NCBI GenBank assembly: GCA_037446535.1
Contig: JBBIIJ010000002.1
Coordinates: forward strand, 26,968 to 90,967
Source of the DNA: Sideroxydans sp.
GTDB lineage: Bacteria; Pseudomonadota; Gammaproteobacteria; Burkholderiales; Gallionellaceae
DNA length: 64,000 nucleotides
Reading direction: 5' to 3'
Shown here: piece after piece, positions 16,974 to 26,843 of the stretch
Position numbering within the stretch: the stretch's first letter is position 1
How the letters are laid out: each line of letters starts with the position of its first letter
The notes under the pieces: model-generated
The model's input: only the letters and a program-made list of their open reading frames with translations
Told to the model about the DNA's origin: nothing
The model's database searches: none
Program-made: the position numbers and the translations under genes

Positions 16974-19322
16974 ATGGTTTCCTTTTCGATCTTCTTCGCA
17001 CTCGGCGTGTGGTATCTGCAACAGCAGGCGGCCTTGCCGGAACTCCCCCCTTATTGGCCGCTCGCGGCGCTCGTCATCCTGATCCCGGAGGTCGAAGGGA
17101 CTACCCTGCGCTTGGCACGTCGCGCCCTGATACTAGCCTGCGCCGCCTTGCTGGGATTCGCCTATTCGGCGTGGGTCGCCCAGGCGCGCTTGTCTGACAG
17201 TCTGCCGGACGCGTGGCAAGGACAGAACATCGAACTGACCGGGATCGTCGCCGAAATGCCCCGTCTACACGAACGGGGACTACGCTTCGCGTTCGATGTC
17301 GAGAGCGTGGCCACGCCGAGTGCCCACGTCCCGCACCGCATCCAGCTTGCGACCTACGATGGCGACACTGCCGCACCGCTGGAACTGCATGCCGGCGAGC
17401 GCTGGCGGCTCACGGTGCGCCTGAAACAGCCGCATGGCACTGCGAATCCCTACGGCTTCGATTTCGAAGCTTGGGCGCTGGAGCGAGACATCCGTGCCAC
17501 GGGCTACGTGTACGGCAAGGCTGACAACCGCAAGCTGGATGAAGCGACGCGCACGCCGGCCTACTTCATAGAACAGATGCGCGAATCGGTCCGTACGCAT
17601 TTCCACAAGACCTTGGGTGAGGCACCCTATGCAGGCATACTCACCGCACTCGCCATAGGCGACCAGGCGAGCATCTCGCAAGCGCAATGGCAGCTCTTCA
17701 CCCGCACCGGCGTCAACCATCTGATGAGCATCTCGGGCCTGCATATCACCATGCTGTCCAGCTTCGCCTTTGCGCTCGTCTACTGGCTGTGGCGACGCAG
17801 TGTCAGGCTGACGCTGCGCTTCCCGGCACGCAAGGCCGCAGCACTCGCCGGTCTGCTCGCCGCGCTGGCCTACACGCTGCTGTCAGGTTTCGAGGTCCCG
17901 GCACAACGCACGCTCTACATGCTGGCGACCTTCGCGGTGATGCTGCTGCTGTCGCGTAACGTCTCGCCCGGCCAGATGCTGGCAGCAGCCCTCGTGGTGG
18001 TCCTGCTCGCCGATCCATGGGCGGTGCGCGCCCCCGGCTTCTGGCTCTCGTTCGGAGCCGTCGCGCTGATCTTCTACGTCACCGCGAATCGACTTGAAAG
18101 ATCCCATTGGCTCAGGGAATACGGCAAGGTGCAATGGGCGATGACCATAGGCCTGGCCCCGCTGCTGCTCGCCCTGTTCCAGCAACTCTCGCTCGTGTCT
18201 CCTTTGGCCAACGCGTTCGCCATCCCCCTGGTCAGCTTCGTGGTCGTACCCTGTACTTTGCTCGGCACCTTGCCGCCGTTCGAGTGGATGCTCTACGTGG
18301 CCCACCAGGCCATGGTCCTGTGCATGTGGCTGCTGGAGTCGCTCGACGGACTGCCGCTCACGATCTGGACGCAACACGCACCACCGGCCTGGAGCATAGC
18401 GCTGGGCGTCCTGGGCGCGGGATGGCTACTCGCGCCGCGCGGCTTCCCCCTGCGCGCCCTGGGTACCGTCCTCATGTTGCCCATGTTCTTGATCGATCCG
18501 CCCGCGCCCGCGGAGGGTACCGCGCGCATCGTCGTCTTCGATGTGGGGCAAGGCCTGGCTGTCGCCGTGCAAACCAGGGAACACGCCCTGCTCTACGACA
18601 CGGGGCCGGACTTCGCCGGCGATGCCGACAGCGGCAACCGCATCCTCGTGCCTGCGCTGCGCGCGCTCGGCATCAGGCGTCTGGACGAACTGATGTTGAG
18701 TCACGATGACATAGACCACATAGGCGGGACGGCTTCGGTGTTGCAGGCTATGCCGGTCGCCACGGTCTCTGCGGCTCTGAAAGCCGACCATCCGCTGCTG
18801 CAAGGAGCGAGCAGCTTCCGCACCTGCAGCGATGGGCTGAGGTGGGAATGGGACGGCGTCGACTTCGAGGTGCTGCATCCTGCGGACAATGCGGATGCCG
18901 GCAGCAAGGCGCATGACAACGACAGGAGCTGCGTGCTGCGCATCAGCACAGGTTCCCAGCATGTGCTGCTCGCGGGAGACATCGAAAAGCCTTCGGAAGC
19001 GCGCCTGCTGCAGCTGCATGGTGACAAGATGCCTGCCACGCTGCTGGTCGCACCGCACCACGGCAGCAAGAGCTCGTCTGGCGATGCCTTCGTGACCGCG
19101 GTGGCACCGCACTATGTGGTGTATACCGCGGGCTACCGCAACCGCTTCAGCCATCCTGCTCCCGAAGTCGTTCAGCGCTACACCGACCACGGTGCTGAGT
19201 CGCTGCGCTCGGACGAGGATGGAGCCGTCCTGATCGACATGAACGCGCAAGGTCTGAGCGTGGAACGTTACCGCCAGACGCACCGTCGCTACTGGACACA
19301 TGAGACATATCCCGCGCATTGA
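16974..19322 (+). CDS. comEC: DNA internalization-related competence protein ComEC/Rec2
   Basis: Multi-TM competence domain plus a C-terminal metallo-beta-lactamase domain (VVFDVGQGLAV...SHDDIDHIGG...APHHGS). The track ORF start (16569) overlaps DUF2062 on the other strand. ATG 16974 or ATG 16953 precedes the first TM helix. Confidence 0.85.
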   Translation: MVSFSIFFALGVWYLQQQAALPELPPYWPLAALVILIPEVEGTTLRLARRALILACAALLGFAYSAWVAQARLSDSLPDAWQGQNIELTGIVAEMPRLHERGLRFAFDVESVATPSAHVPHRIQLATYDGDTAAPLELHAGERWRLTVRLKQPHGTANPYGFDFEAWALERDIRATGYVYGKADNRKLDEATRTPAYFIEQMRESVRTHFHKTLGEAPYAGILTALAIGDQASISQAQWQLFTRTGVNHLMSISGLHITMLSSFAFALVYWLWRRSVRLTLRFPARKAAALAGLLAALAYTLLSGFEVPAQRTLYMLATFAVMLLLSRNVSPGQMLAAALVVVLLADPWAVRAPGFWLSFGAVALIFYVTANRLERSHWLREYGKVQWAMTIGLAPLLLALFQQLSLVSPLANAFAIPLVSFVVVPCTLLGTLPPFEWMLYVAHQAMVLCMWLLESLDGLPLTIWTQHAPPAWSIALGVLGAGWLLAPRGFPLRALGTVLMLPMFLIDPPAPAEGTARIVVFDVGQGLAVAVQTREHALLYDTGPDFAGDADSGNRILVPALRALGIRRLDELMLSHDDIDHIGGTASVLQAMPVATVSAALKADHPLLQGASSFRTCSDGLRWEWDGVDFEVLHPADNADAGSKAHDNDRSCVLRISTGSQHVLLAGDIEKPSEARLLQLHGDKMPATLLVAPHHGSKSSSGDAFVTAVAPHYVVYTAGYRNRFSHPAPEVVQRYTDHGAESLRSDEDGAVLIDMNAQGLSVERYRQTHRRYWTHETYPAH

Positions 19323-19328
19323 TACTCG

Positions 19329-19357
19329 TTCACTGCCGTTGACGCCGCGGGTATAAT
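19329..19357 (+). promoter_or_regulatory. Putative sigma70 promoter of the aminotransferase gene
   Basis: TTCACT (19329-19334), 17 nt, perfect TATAAT (19352-19357), 32 nt upstream of the GTG start, which has a GAAGGA SD. Confidence 0.4.
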
Positions 19358-19389
19358 TCGCGCCACTTTTCAAATCCGAAGGAAAAATC

Positions 19390-20583
19390 GTGTCTCTCTC
19401 CTCCCGAGTACTTGCCATCAAGCCCTCTCCCACCCTCGCCGTCGCCGCCCGCGCGACCAAGCTGAAGGCTGAGGGCAAGGACATCATCGGACTGGCGACG
19501 GGAGAGCCGGACTTCGACACCCCCCAGCACATCAAGGACGCCGCGATCGCCGCGATCAACAAGGGCCTCACCAAGTACACGCCAGTCGGCGGCATCCCCA
19601 CGCTGAAGCAGGCCATCGTCTCCAAGTTCAAGCGCGAGAACGGCCTGGACTACACCACCAAACAGATCCTGGTCTCCTGCGGAGGCAAGCAGAGTTTCTT
19701 CAACCTGGTGCTGGCCACCATCAACCCCGGCGATGAGGTGATCATCACCGCCCCGTACTGGGTGTCCTATCCTGACATCGTGATCATCGCCGAAGGCAAA
19801 CCGGTGATCGTGCAGGCAGACATCGCGCAGGGCTTCAAGCTGACGCCCGCCCAGCTGGAGGCTGCGATCACCCCGAGGACCAAGATGGTAGTCATCAACA
19901 GCCCGAGCAACCCGTCGGGCGCGGTGTATACCCTGGAAGACCTGAAGGCGCTGGGCGAAGTGCTGCGCAAGCACCCGAACGTCATCGTCGCGACCGACGA
20001 CATGTACGAGCACATCGCGCTGACCGACGAGAAGTTCTCCAACATCCTGAACGCCTGCCCGGACCTGTATGACCGCACCATGGTGCTGAACGGCGTATCC
20101 AAGGCGTACGCGATGACCGGCTGGCGCATAGGCTACGCGGCAGGCCCTGAGCACATCATCACCGCGATGGAGAACGTGCAGTCGCAGAGCACCTCCAACC
20201 CCACCTCGATCTCGCAGGCGGCGGCGGAGGTCGCCTTGAATGGCGACCAAGGCTGCCTAGTACCTATGGTCAAGGCTTTCCGCGAGCGTCACGACTTCGT
20301 GGTGAACGAGCTGAACAAGATGCCGGGGTTGAAGTGCCTGATGGCAGGCGGTGCGTTCTATGCCTTCCCTGACGCGCGTCAGGCCATCGCCACGCTGCAC
20401 CAGCAAGGCAAGATCAAGGAGACCACCGACATCGCGCTGGCCGAATACCTCCTGGCGGAAGCAGGCGTCGCCGTCGTACCCGGTTCCGCCTTCGGCTCAG
20501 AAGGCTATTTCCGCATCTCTTTCGCCACTTCGATGGCAAACCTCAAGGCGGCGCTGGAGCGCATCGCGAAAGCACTTTCCTGA
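19390..20583 (+). CDS. Class I pyridoxal-phosphate-dependent aminotransferase (aspartate aminotransferase type)
   Basis: 397 aa. PLP-lysine motif SKAYAMTGWRIGY. N-terminal LAIKPSPTLAV...KLKAEGKDIIGLATGEPDF is typical of AspAT subgroup Ib. Confidence 0.9.
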   Translation: MSLSSRVLAIKPSPTLAVAARATKLKAEGKDIIGLATGEPDFDTPQHIKDAAIAAINKGLTKYTPVGGIPTLKQAIVSKFKRENGLDYTTKQILVSCGGKQSFFNLVLATINPGDEVIITAPYWVSYPDIVIIAEGKPVIVQADIAQGFKLTPAQLEAAITPRTKMVVINSPSNPSGAVYTLEDLKALGEVLRKHPNVIVATDDMYEHIALTDEKFSNILNACPDLYDRTMVLNGVSKAYAMTGWRIGYAAGPEHIITAMENVQSQSTSNPTSISQAAAEVALNGDQGCLVPMVKAFRERHDFVVNELNKMPGLKCLMAGGAFYAFPDARQAIATLHQQGKIKETTDIALAEYLLAEAGVAVVPGSAFGSEGYFRISFATSMANLKAALERIAKALS

Positions 20584-20631
20584 GATTGAGTGAAGGCTGA
20601 CCTTCGGGGCAGCCATAGCGGTTCAGATATC

Positions 20632-20663
20632 AGCCCAACGCCAAGGCGTTGGGCTTGTTCTTT
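20632..20663 (+). terminator. Rho-independent terminator
   Basis: AGCCCAACGCC-AA-GGCGTTGGGCT hairpin followed by TGTTCTTT. Confidence 0.7.
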
Positions 20664-23510
20664 CTAGCGGGCCCGCAACTTGGGCTCGGCCAGCGTACCC
20701 GACAAGACCAGCGGATTGTTCCCTGCACGCATGGAAATCTCCGCATTGATGTTCCCGGAGAGCTGATTGCCTGCCGTGACGTCGACGGAGCCGGTGCCTA
20801 TCAGGGTGCCGGACGTGATCTTGACCTGGCGCAGATGCAGGTTGCGGTTCTCCAGCTGCAGGGCGCCCGTCAGTTCGTCGAAATTGGTACGCCCCCCCGG
20901 GAGATGCTGCGGGCTCGACACGCGCGCAGTCTCCGTGATGTCCATGCCGCTTATCACGCCGCTCTTGGCCTGGAAGGTACCTTCCAGACGCGGTGCTTCG
21001 CCCAGCTGGCCAAGCTTCGCGCTCTGTGAGGAGAAACTGCCCTCGACGAACACGTCACCCGACAGCCCGAACTGAGGGAACAGCTTCTCCAGCTCCATCG
21101 TCTTGGCTTGGATGCGGCCCTGGACCTGCCAGCCGTTGCGCCATCCCAGCTTGCCGCGGCCGGACCAGATGCCGCCATAGGCGTGCGCATCGATCTCGGA
21201 AAAGCTCACTTCGCCGTCGCCGATATCACCCGTCGCGCTGAAGTCGCTGAACATCACCTTGGGCAGCAGGGGCAAGGCACTCTCTTTCACGCCGAAGCTG
21301 ACCTGCCAGCGGTTCTGGTCGGATTGCAGGTCTATGTTCAGCTTCTCGTCCTCGCTGTGCAGTACGACGCGCTTGAATGCGCCTTGCGCGACGTCCGCAC
21401 CGCCCTTCAAGGTCGGCAATGAGATCGCTCCGCCTGCGTTCACCTTCAGACTCTGTATCGTCATATGACGTACCGGGTATTGCGTGTCCCCGCCCAGCCT
21501 CTTCAGCCATCCAGCCAACTGATCCAGCCGTCGCACATCCAGTGCGACGTTCTGCAGCTCGGCATCACCGATCTCCTTCTTCTCGGAGAACAGGCTCAGG
21601 AGATCGAACTTCAGTACCACGGCGGACGCTTTCACTTCCTGCTCGCCGCCCATGGTGACATCCTGCAATTTCACGCTGGGCGGAAATGATGCCGCGCTCA
21701 TGCCGCCGATATGCACGGGCTGCTTCAGCTGCGCTGAGAGGCGTTGCTCCAGCGGAGCGACATATTCCTGCATCGGCCACACATAAGGCAGGACTATCGC
21801 CGCCAGCAACGCCAAAGCGACCAAACTGAAAGCGATCTTGGCCAACGGCAGCGGCTTACCGCGCCGCCGTTCTTTGACCACGGGCGCCTGCACCACCTTG
21901 GCTTGCGCCATCGCCGCCTGGGCCGCATGCCCCGCATCCAGCTTGGCCTGTTGATTCGCTCGCGCCTCCGCCTCGGCCCAAGCGCTGGCTTGTTCGGCCG
22001 CCAGCGCCTCCTCTTCCGCTTTCGCCCGTGCTTCCTCTTCTGCCCGCTGGCGTGTCGCCTCCTGCTCGGCCTTCAGGCGCGCCATCTCCGCCGCCTGTCT
22101 CGCGCGCTGTTCTTCGGCTGCCTTAGCCTCGGCAGCGCGCCGTGCAGCTTCCTGTTCTTCGCGCAATCTCGCTTCGGTCTCAGGCTGTTCGACATGCTCC
22201 GGCTGCTCTGCCGCCAGCCCCTCCAGATCGATGCTGAATCCGCCGGCAGCCTGTTTCGATGCGGCAGCTGCACGAGCTGCCTCTTCCTGCTCCGCTTGCA
22301 GACGGGCAACCTCGGCCATCCTTCTCGCCTGCTCTTCCGCCTCTGCCTTGGCGCGCACTGCCGCTTCGTGCTCGGCCCGCAGCAGGGCAGCTTCATGTTC
22401 GGCCTTGATACGCGCTGCTTCAGCCTCCCGTCGGGCACGCTCTTCCATGTCAGCTTTGGCACGTGCGGCGGCCTCCTGCTCTGCCCTGATACGTGCGGCC
22501 TCCTGCTCTGCCCTGATACGCGCAGCTTCCTGCTCGGCCCTGATACGTGCGGCTTCCTGCTCGGCCCTGATACGCGCTGCTTCCTGTTCTTCCCGGATGC
22601 GTGCTGCCTCTTGCTCGGCCTTGATACGCGCAGCCTCCTGTTCAGCCTTGATGCGGGCAGCTTCTGCTTCCGCCTTGGCTTTCGCGGCGGCCTCAAGCTC
22701 CGCCTTGATCCTTGCCGCCTCCTGCTCTGCTTTCAGACGGGCTGCCTCAGCTTCGGCCTTCGCTCTTGCCTCGGCTTCCTGCTTGGCACGCGCCGCCGCC
22801 TCAATTTCTGCACGCACACGTGCTTCCGCTTCGGCCTTCGCCCTCGCCGCTGCTTCCAGCTCCGCCTTCACGCGTGCCGCTTCCTGCTCGGCCCGCAGCC
22901 GCGCCTCCGCCTCCTGCTTGGCCTTGGCCTTGGCCTCCGCCAGTTGCCTTTCGGCCGCTTCGCGTGTTGCTCTGGCTTCAGCTTCGGCCTTGGCGCGCGC
23001 GGCGAACTCGGCTTCCTGCCGCGCCTTGGCCTCTGCCCTGGCTTCAGCTTCCGCGGTGGCCTTCAGCTTGGCAGCGGCGACAGCAGCCTCCAGCTCGGCA
23101 TTCTTGCGCGCAGCCTCCGCAGCTTGCTTGGCCTTGGCCTCCGCCTCCTGCTGCGCTTTATGTCTGGCCGCCTCGGCAGCCATCTCTGCCTGGCTAGGCG
23201 CCGTGAATACGGTAGTGAAATCGAGTTCGCCTGCGGATACCGCCGCAGCCGGCTTGGGAGTCGCCATCTTAGGCGGAGTGATCTTGGGCGCGACGACAGC
23301 CTTATCCTTATCGCGTATCAATTCGGCATCCAGCAAGTTCTGCACGATCTCCGGCAGATCACCACGCAAGCTGGGGGGCGCGCGCTTGATCACTTCGTCC
23401 AGCGTAGATTTGTCGTCGATGAGCAGCATGACCCGCTTCATATCTCCGAACAGGCTGGGGATCTCTTTTTCGCCTTTTGGTGTTTTGACGAAGATTATTT
23501 TTCTATCCAT
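20664..23510 (-). CDS. Large membrane protein: small N-terminal domain, ~480-aa Ala/Glu/Arg/Lys coiled coil, one TM helix, AsmA-like C-terminal domain
   Basis: 948 aa from ATG 23510 ([17 protein letters not shown]). Residues ~110-590 are [10 protein letters not shown] / AEQEAARIR-type repeats. TM helix [21 protein letters not shown]. The C-terminal ~370 aa end in ...[50 protein letters not shown], which I recognise as AsmA-family C-terminal style (recognition from memory, not a search). Confidence 0.8.
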   Translation of the reverse strand: MDRKIIFVKTPKGEKEIPSLFGDMKRVMLLIDDKSTLDEVIKRAPPSLRGDLPEIVQNLLDAELIRDKDKAVVAPKITPPKMATPKPAAAVSAGELDFTTVFTAPSQAEMAAEAARHKAQQEAEAKAKQAAEAARKNAELEAAVAAAKLKATAEAEARAEAKARQEAEFAARAKAEAEARATREAAERQLAEAKAKAKQEAEARLRAEQEAARVKAELEAAARAKAEAEARVRAEIEAAARAKQEAEARAKAEAEAARLKAEQEAARIKAELEAAAKAKAEAEAARIKAEQEAARIKAEQEAARIREEQEAARIRAEQEAARIRAEQEAARIRAEQEAARIRAEQEAAARAKADMEERARREAEAARIKAEHEAALLRAEHEAAVRAKAEAEEQARRMAEVARLQAEQEEAARAAAASKQAAGGFSIDLEGLAAEQPEHVEQPETEARLREEQEAARRAAEAKAAEEQRARQAAEMARLKAEQEATRQRAEEEARAKAEEEALAAEQASAWAEAEARANQQAKLDAGHAAQAAMAQAKVVQAPVVKERRRGKPLPLAKIAFSLVALALLAAIVLPYVWPMQEYVAPLEQRLSAQLKQPVHIGGMSAASFPPSVKLQDVTMGGEQEVKASAVVLKFDLLSLFSEKKEIGDAELQNVALDVRRLDQLAGWLKRLGGDTQYPVRHMTIQSLKVNAGGAISLPTLKGGADVAQGAFKRVVLHSEDEKLNIDLQSDQNRWQVSFGVKESALPLLPKVMFSDFSATGDIGDGEVSFSEIDAHAYGGIWSGRGKLGWRNGWQVQGRIQAKTMELEKLFPQFGLSGDVFVEGSFSSQSAKLGQLGEAPRLEGTFQAKSGVISGMDITETARVSSPQHLPGGRTNFDELTGALQLENRNLHLRQVKITSGTLIGTGSVDVTAGNQLSGNINAEISMRAGNNPLVLSGTLAEPKLRAR
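22472..22660. repeat. Seven tandem copies of a 27-bp unit (in frame, encodes AEQEAARI[R/K])
   Basis: Units start at 22472, 22499, 22526, 22553, 22580, 22607 and 22634. The first four are near identical (CCTCCTGCTCTGCCCTGATACGTGCGG and variants); the last three are more diverged. Confidence 0.9.
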
Positions 23511-23582
23511 GTTTTTTGTTCTGATTCCGTTGAGTCGTCGCATCCCGCGACCCGCAAACTCTGCATTTTTTCACGACAGAGG

Positions 23583-23611
23583 TTGACCGAAACGCCTTCA
23601 GTTGTTAGTAT
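23583..23611 (+). promoter_or_regulatory. Putative sigma70 promoter of tRNA-Asn
   Basis: TTGACC (23583-23588), 17 nt, TAGTAT (23606-23611), followed by a GC-rich discriminator AGCGTCC about 15 nt before the mature tRNA 5' end. Confidence 0.55.
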
Positions 23612-23626
23612 AGCGTCCTCATCGAT

Positions 23627-23702
23627 TCCCTGATAGCTCAGTCGGTAGAGCGACGGACTGTTAATCCGCAGGTCCCTGGTTCGAGTCCAGGTCGGGGAGC
23701 CA
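23627..23702 (+). tRNA. tRNA-Asn (anticodon GTT)
   Basis: 76 nt folded by hand as a cloverleaf. Acceptor TCCCTGA/TCGGGGA, anticodon loop CTGTTAA, T-arm CCTGG-TTCGAGT-CCAGG, encoded CCA. Close to E. coli tRNA-Asn. Confidence 0.95.
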
Positions 23703-23709
23703 AAATCGC

Positions 23710-23743
23710 AAGGGTTAGCATAAACTGCTAACCCTTTTTCTTT
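23710..23743 (+). terminator. Rho-independent terminator after tRNA-Asn
   Basis: AAGGGTTAGCA-TAAAC-TGCTAACCCTT hairpin followed by TTTCTTTG. Confidence 0.75.
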
Positions 23744-23759
23744 GTGGCGAGGCTACATC

Positions 23760-25541
23760 ATGTGCGGTATCTGCGGCGAACTGCGTTTCGACCATCAACT
23801 GCCCGATCCGAAGACCATAGGAAGAATGATGGGGCAGCTGGTGCGACGCGGCCCCGATTCCGAAGGGATGTTCCGCGATGGTCCGCTAGCCCTCGGCCAT
23901 CGCCGCCTCGCCATCATCGATCTCACCGAGCACGCCCACCAACCGATGCGGGACGAGGCGCTGCAGCTCGCGCTGGTGTTCAACGGCACGATCTACAACT
24001 ACCGCGAACTGCGCACCGAACTCGCGGGCTTGGGCTATGACTTCTTCTCCGAGGGTGACAGCGAGGTCATACTCAAGGCCTACCACGCGTGGGGAGAGAA
24101 CTGCCTGGAACGCTTCTATGGCATGTTCGCTTTCGCGATATGGGACATGCGCCGCCAGAGGCTCTTCCTGGCGCGCGACCGTTTCGGCATCAAACCGCTC
24201 TACTACACCGTCGACGGGACTACGCTGCGCTTCGCCTCCACCGTCCAGGCGCTGCTGGCAACAGGCAAGGTGGACACCAGCATCGATCCAACAGCCCTGC
24301 ATCACCATCTGACGCTGCACGCGGTCGTCCCCGCACCGCGCACTCTGCTCAACGGCGTTAAGAAGCTCCCTCCCGCGAGCTGCATGACGTTCACCGCAGG
24401 TGGCGAAGTCACCCATCGCCGTTTCTGGGCGCTGGATGCGACTCGCCCGCTCGTACCTCTGAGCGAACAGGACTGGCTGGATGCCACGCGGCACGTGCTC
24501 GCCAAGGTGGTGGAGCGCCACCGCCTAGCGGCCGACGTGCCGGTGGGTGTGCTGCTTTCCGGCGGTCTGGATTCCAGCCTGATCGTGGGGCTGCTCGCGG
24601 ACCATGTACCGGACCTGCGCACCTTCTCCATAGGCTTCGAGGACATAGGCGGCGATGCGGAGAAAGGCGACGAGTTCGAGTACTCCGACCAGGTCGTCGC
24701 TCGTTTCGACACGCGCCACCACAAATACCTGATCCCCAACAGCGAGGTGCTGCGTCGCTTGCCGGAAGCTGTACGCAGCATGTCCGAGCCCATGGTGAGC
24801 CAGGACAACATCGCCTTCTACCTGCTGGCGGAGAAGGTCTCGAAGGAGGTCAAGGTCGCACTGGCCGGACAAGGCGCGGACGAGGTGTTCGGAGGCTATT
24901 TCTGGTATCCACGGATGGAGGCTGCAACCGGCTCCGCGCTGGACAGGTTCCGCACCCACTATTTCGATCGCGACCACGCCGAATTCTTGGAGACCGTGAG
25001 CCCCCGCTATCACACGACGGATGTCACCAGCGACTTCGTCCGTGGGGAGCTGGCGCATGCCCATGCCGACACCTTCCTGGACCAAGTGCTGCGCTTCGAC
25101 GTGACGACGCTGGTCGTGGACGATCCGGTGAAACGCATGGACAACATGAGCATGGCCTGGGGGCTGGAGGCGCGCGTGCCCTTCCTGGATCACGAACTGG
25201 TCGAACTGGCGGCGCGCATGCCGCCCGCATTGCGCCTCAAGGAAGGGGGGAAATATCCGCTCAAGGCCATCGCGCGCGGAATCGTTCCCGACACGGTGAT
25301 CGACCGTCCCAAGGGTTACTTCCCGGTGCCTGCGCTGAAATACGTGCGCGGCGAGTTCCTGGCATTCATGCGGGACATCCTGCTGTCCAACGCCTGCAGA
25401 CAACGCGGCCTGTTCAACCGCGCCTATGTGGAGAAGCTGCTCGCAGCACCCGAATCGCACTACACGCGGCTGAACGGAAGCAAGCTGTGGCATCTCGCCC
25501 TGCTCGAATACTGGCTGCAGCTGAACATCGACAAGACGTAA
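23760..25541 (+). CDS. Asparagine synthase (glutamine-hydrolysing) family amidotransferase
   Basis: Starts MCGICGE (Ntn Cys2 of class II glutamine amidotransferases). Synthetase-domain PP-loop LLSGGLDSS. 593 aa. It resembles the AsnO-type (N-acetylglutaminylglutamine amide) subgroup, but no ngg partner is adjacent. The track ORF starts 6 codons earlier. Confidence 0.9.
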   Translation: MCGICGELRFDHQLPDPKTIGRMMGQLVRRGPDSEGMFRDGPLALGHRRLAIIDLTEHAHQPMRDEALQLALVFNGTIYNYRELRTELAGLGYDFFSEGDSEVILKAYHAWGENCLERFYGMFAFAIWDMRRQRLFLARDRFGIKPLYYTVDGTTLRFASTVQALLATGKVDTSIDPTALHHHLTLHAVVPAPRTLLNGVKKLPPASCMTFTAGGEVTHRRFWALDATRPLVPLSEQDWLDATRHVLAKVVERHRLAADVPVGVLLSGGLDSSLIVGLLADHVPDLRTFSIGFEDIGGDAEKGDEFEYSDQVVARFDTRHHKYLIPNSEVLRRLPEAVRSMSEPMVSQDNIAFYLLAEKVSKEVKVALAGQGADEVFGGYFWYPRMEAATGSALDRFRTHYFDRDHAEFLETVSPRYHTTDVTSDFVRGELAHAHADTFLDQVLRFDVTTLVVDDPVKRMDNMSMAWGLEARVPFLDHELVELAARMPPALRLKEGGKYPLKAIARGIVPDTVIDRPKGYFPVPALKYVRGEFLAFMRDILLSNACRQRGLFNRAYVEKLLAAPESHYTRLNGSKLWHLALLEYWLQLNIDKT

Positions 25542-25578
25542 AAAAGCCGCACTGCAGACAGTGCGGCTTTCTCCTTTC
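25541..25578. terminator. Bidirectional rho-independent terminator between convergent genes
   Basis: AAGCCGCACTG-CAGA-CAGTGCGGCTT hairpin flanked by AAAAA on the left and TCTCCTTTC on the right. Confidence 0.75.
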
Positions 25579-25586
25579 AGACCGGA

Positions 25587-26843
25587 CTACTGCACGATAC
25601 GGTCTATCTTCAGGTTCACGTTCTTGCTCCCGGGACGCAGCGGCTGGCTCATGCCCTCCGCATCGCCGGACTGCGGCATGGCCGTCCCCGACTTGGAGAT
25701 GCGAGCCACCACCACCACCTGGTCGAAAGCCGAGAGCTTCATCTGCGGGGCCATCGCCATGCTGTCGTTCAGTTCGAAGGTCAGCGGCAGGTCACGCACT
25801 TGCTTGCGCAGGATGGCGAGCGGCATCTTCGGACCTTCCGCTGCACGTGCCAGCACGAACACCGTGTCGTCCGGGCTGAACTTGCCCTTCAGTGCATCGC
25901 CCAGCACCACCTTGCCGGTGATGCGTTCCTTGCCACCTGCGGTCGAAGCGGTCTCGGCCGGCGGATTGATCTGTTCCAGCATGGGCGCCTTGCCAGCCTT
26001 GATGTGCGACAGCATCTGGCGCGCCTCCTGCAGGCCGCCTTCCAGCATCTTGGCGTCGTCGCTCTCGGCAGGCACCATGCTGCGCAGCTTCTCCCAGTGC
26101 TTGATCGCTGCCGCGAAATCGCCGCGCTCCATCGCGGCGGAACCGGCCAGTGCCAGCCCCTTCATGTTGTTCGGGTCTATGGCCAGCGCCTTGTTCAGCA
26201 GTTCGGTCGGCTTGCCGCGCAGGCTCTGCCCCTGCGCCATCGCCGCCGCGTCAGCGTAGTCGGCCCACACCCAAGCTTCATCGCCTACCAGCTTGGTCAC
26301 CTTCTCGTAGGTCTGTGCCGATTCAGTAAAGCGCTCGGCATCCATGTAGCTGCGCGCGAGCAGCACCAAGGATTCGCCATCCGCAGGATTGTCGGCGACC
26401 TTCTTCTCGAGCGCGCTAATCGCGGCATCGGTATGGACCGCGCCACCCATCTCGCTCATGCCGCTGTGCGCCACGTTCTCCGAGAAGACATTCTGGTTGC
26501 CCACCTTCATGTACACGCCGACCGCGAGCAGCGGCAATGCCACGGACAGCGCGATGGCCAGCTTCTTGAAAGGGCTGCGCGCCGCGACGACGACCTGGTC
26601 GCCGCCGACCTCTTCCAGCACCCGCTTCTCCAGCTCGCGCTTGCCTTGCTCGTGCAGCTCCGGCGTCAGCAGGCCGTTCTTCAGGTCCGCGTCCATCTCG
26701 GCGATCTGGTCGCGCAGGATCTCGAGGTTCGCGGCGTCGCGCGCCACGGAGTTGTCTTTGGCGGTACCGCGCCACAGGGGCAAGACCACGAACAGGATGG
26801 CGACGACCAGGAGCGCCGCGCAGATGATCCAAAATAGAGTCAT
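25587..26843 (-). CDS. ccmI: Cytochrome c-type biogenesis protein CcmI (CycH), TPR-containing
   Basis: N-terminal TM MTLFWIICAALLVVAILFVVLPLW, a second TM and TPR repeats. Last gene of the ccm operon; 4-nt overlap with ccmH. Confidence 0.85.
   Translation of the reverse strand: MTLFWIICAALLVVAILFVVLPLWRGTAKDNSVARDAANLEILRDQIAEMDADLKNGLLTPELHEQGKRELEKRVLEEVGGDQVVVAARSPFKKLAIALSVALPLLAVGVYMKVGNQNVFSENVAHSGMSEMGGAVHTDAAISALEKKVADNPADGESLVLLARSYMDAERFTESAQTYEKVTKLVGDEAWVWADYADAAAMAQGQSLRGKPTELLNKALAIDPNNMKGLALAGSAAMERGDFAAAIKHWEKLRSMVPAESDDAKMLEGGLQEARQMLSHIKAGKAPMLEQINPPAETASTAGGKERITGKVVLGDALKGKFSPDDTVFVLARAAEGPKMPLAILRKQVRDLPLTFELNDSMAMAPQMKLSAFDQVVVVARISKSGTAMPQSGDAEGMSQPLRPGSKNVNLKIDRIVQ

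Noticed and set aside
22472-22660. Possible CRISPR-like array
   Set aside because: The 27-bp units are directly adjacent with no spacers, are in frame within a coding sequence, and no cas genes are present. It is a coding tandem repeat.
21744-23633. 629-aa and 451-aa plus-strand ORFs (and a 207-aa minus ORF) over the repeat region
   Set aside because: They are generated by the extreme GCN/GAR codon bias of the Ala/Glu repeat gene on the minus strand. Their products are Leu/Arg/Cys/Ser or Ala/Ser homopolymer-like strings. The 629-aa ORF also runs into tRNA-Asn.
23627-23702. tRNA-Asn (also tRNA-Leu 53932-54016 and tRNA-Val/Asp) as an integration site of a genomic island
   Set aside because: There is no integrase and no duplicated tRNA 3' segment. 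The adjacent genes are housekeeping (amidotransferase, glycogen and TCA operons, hupB/ppiD).
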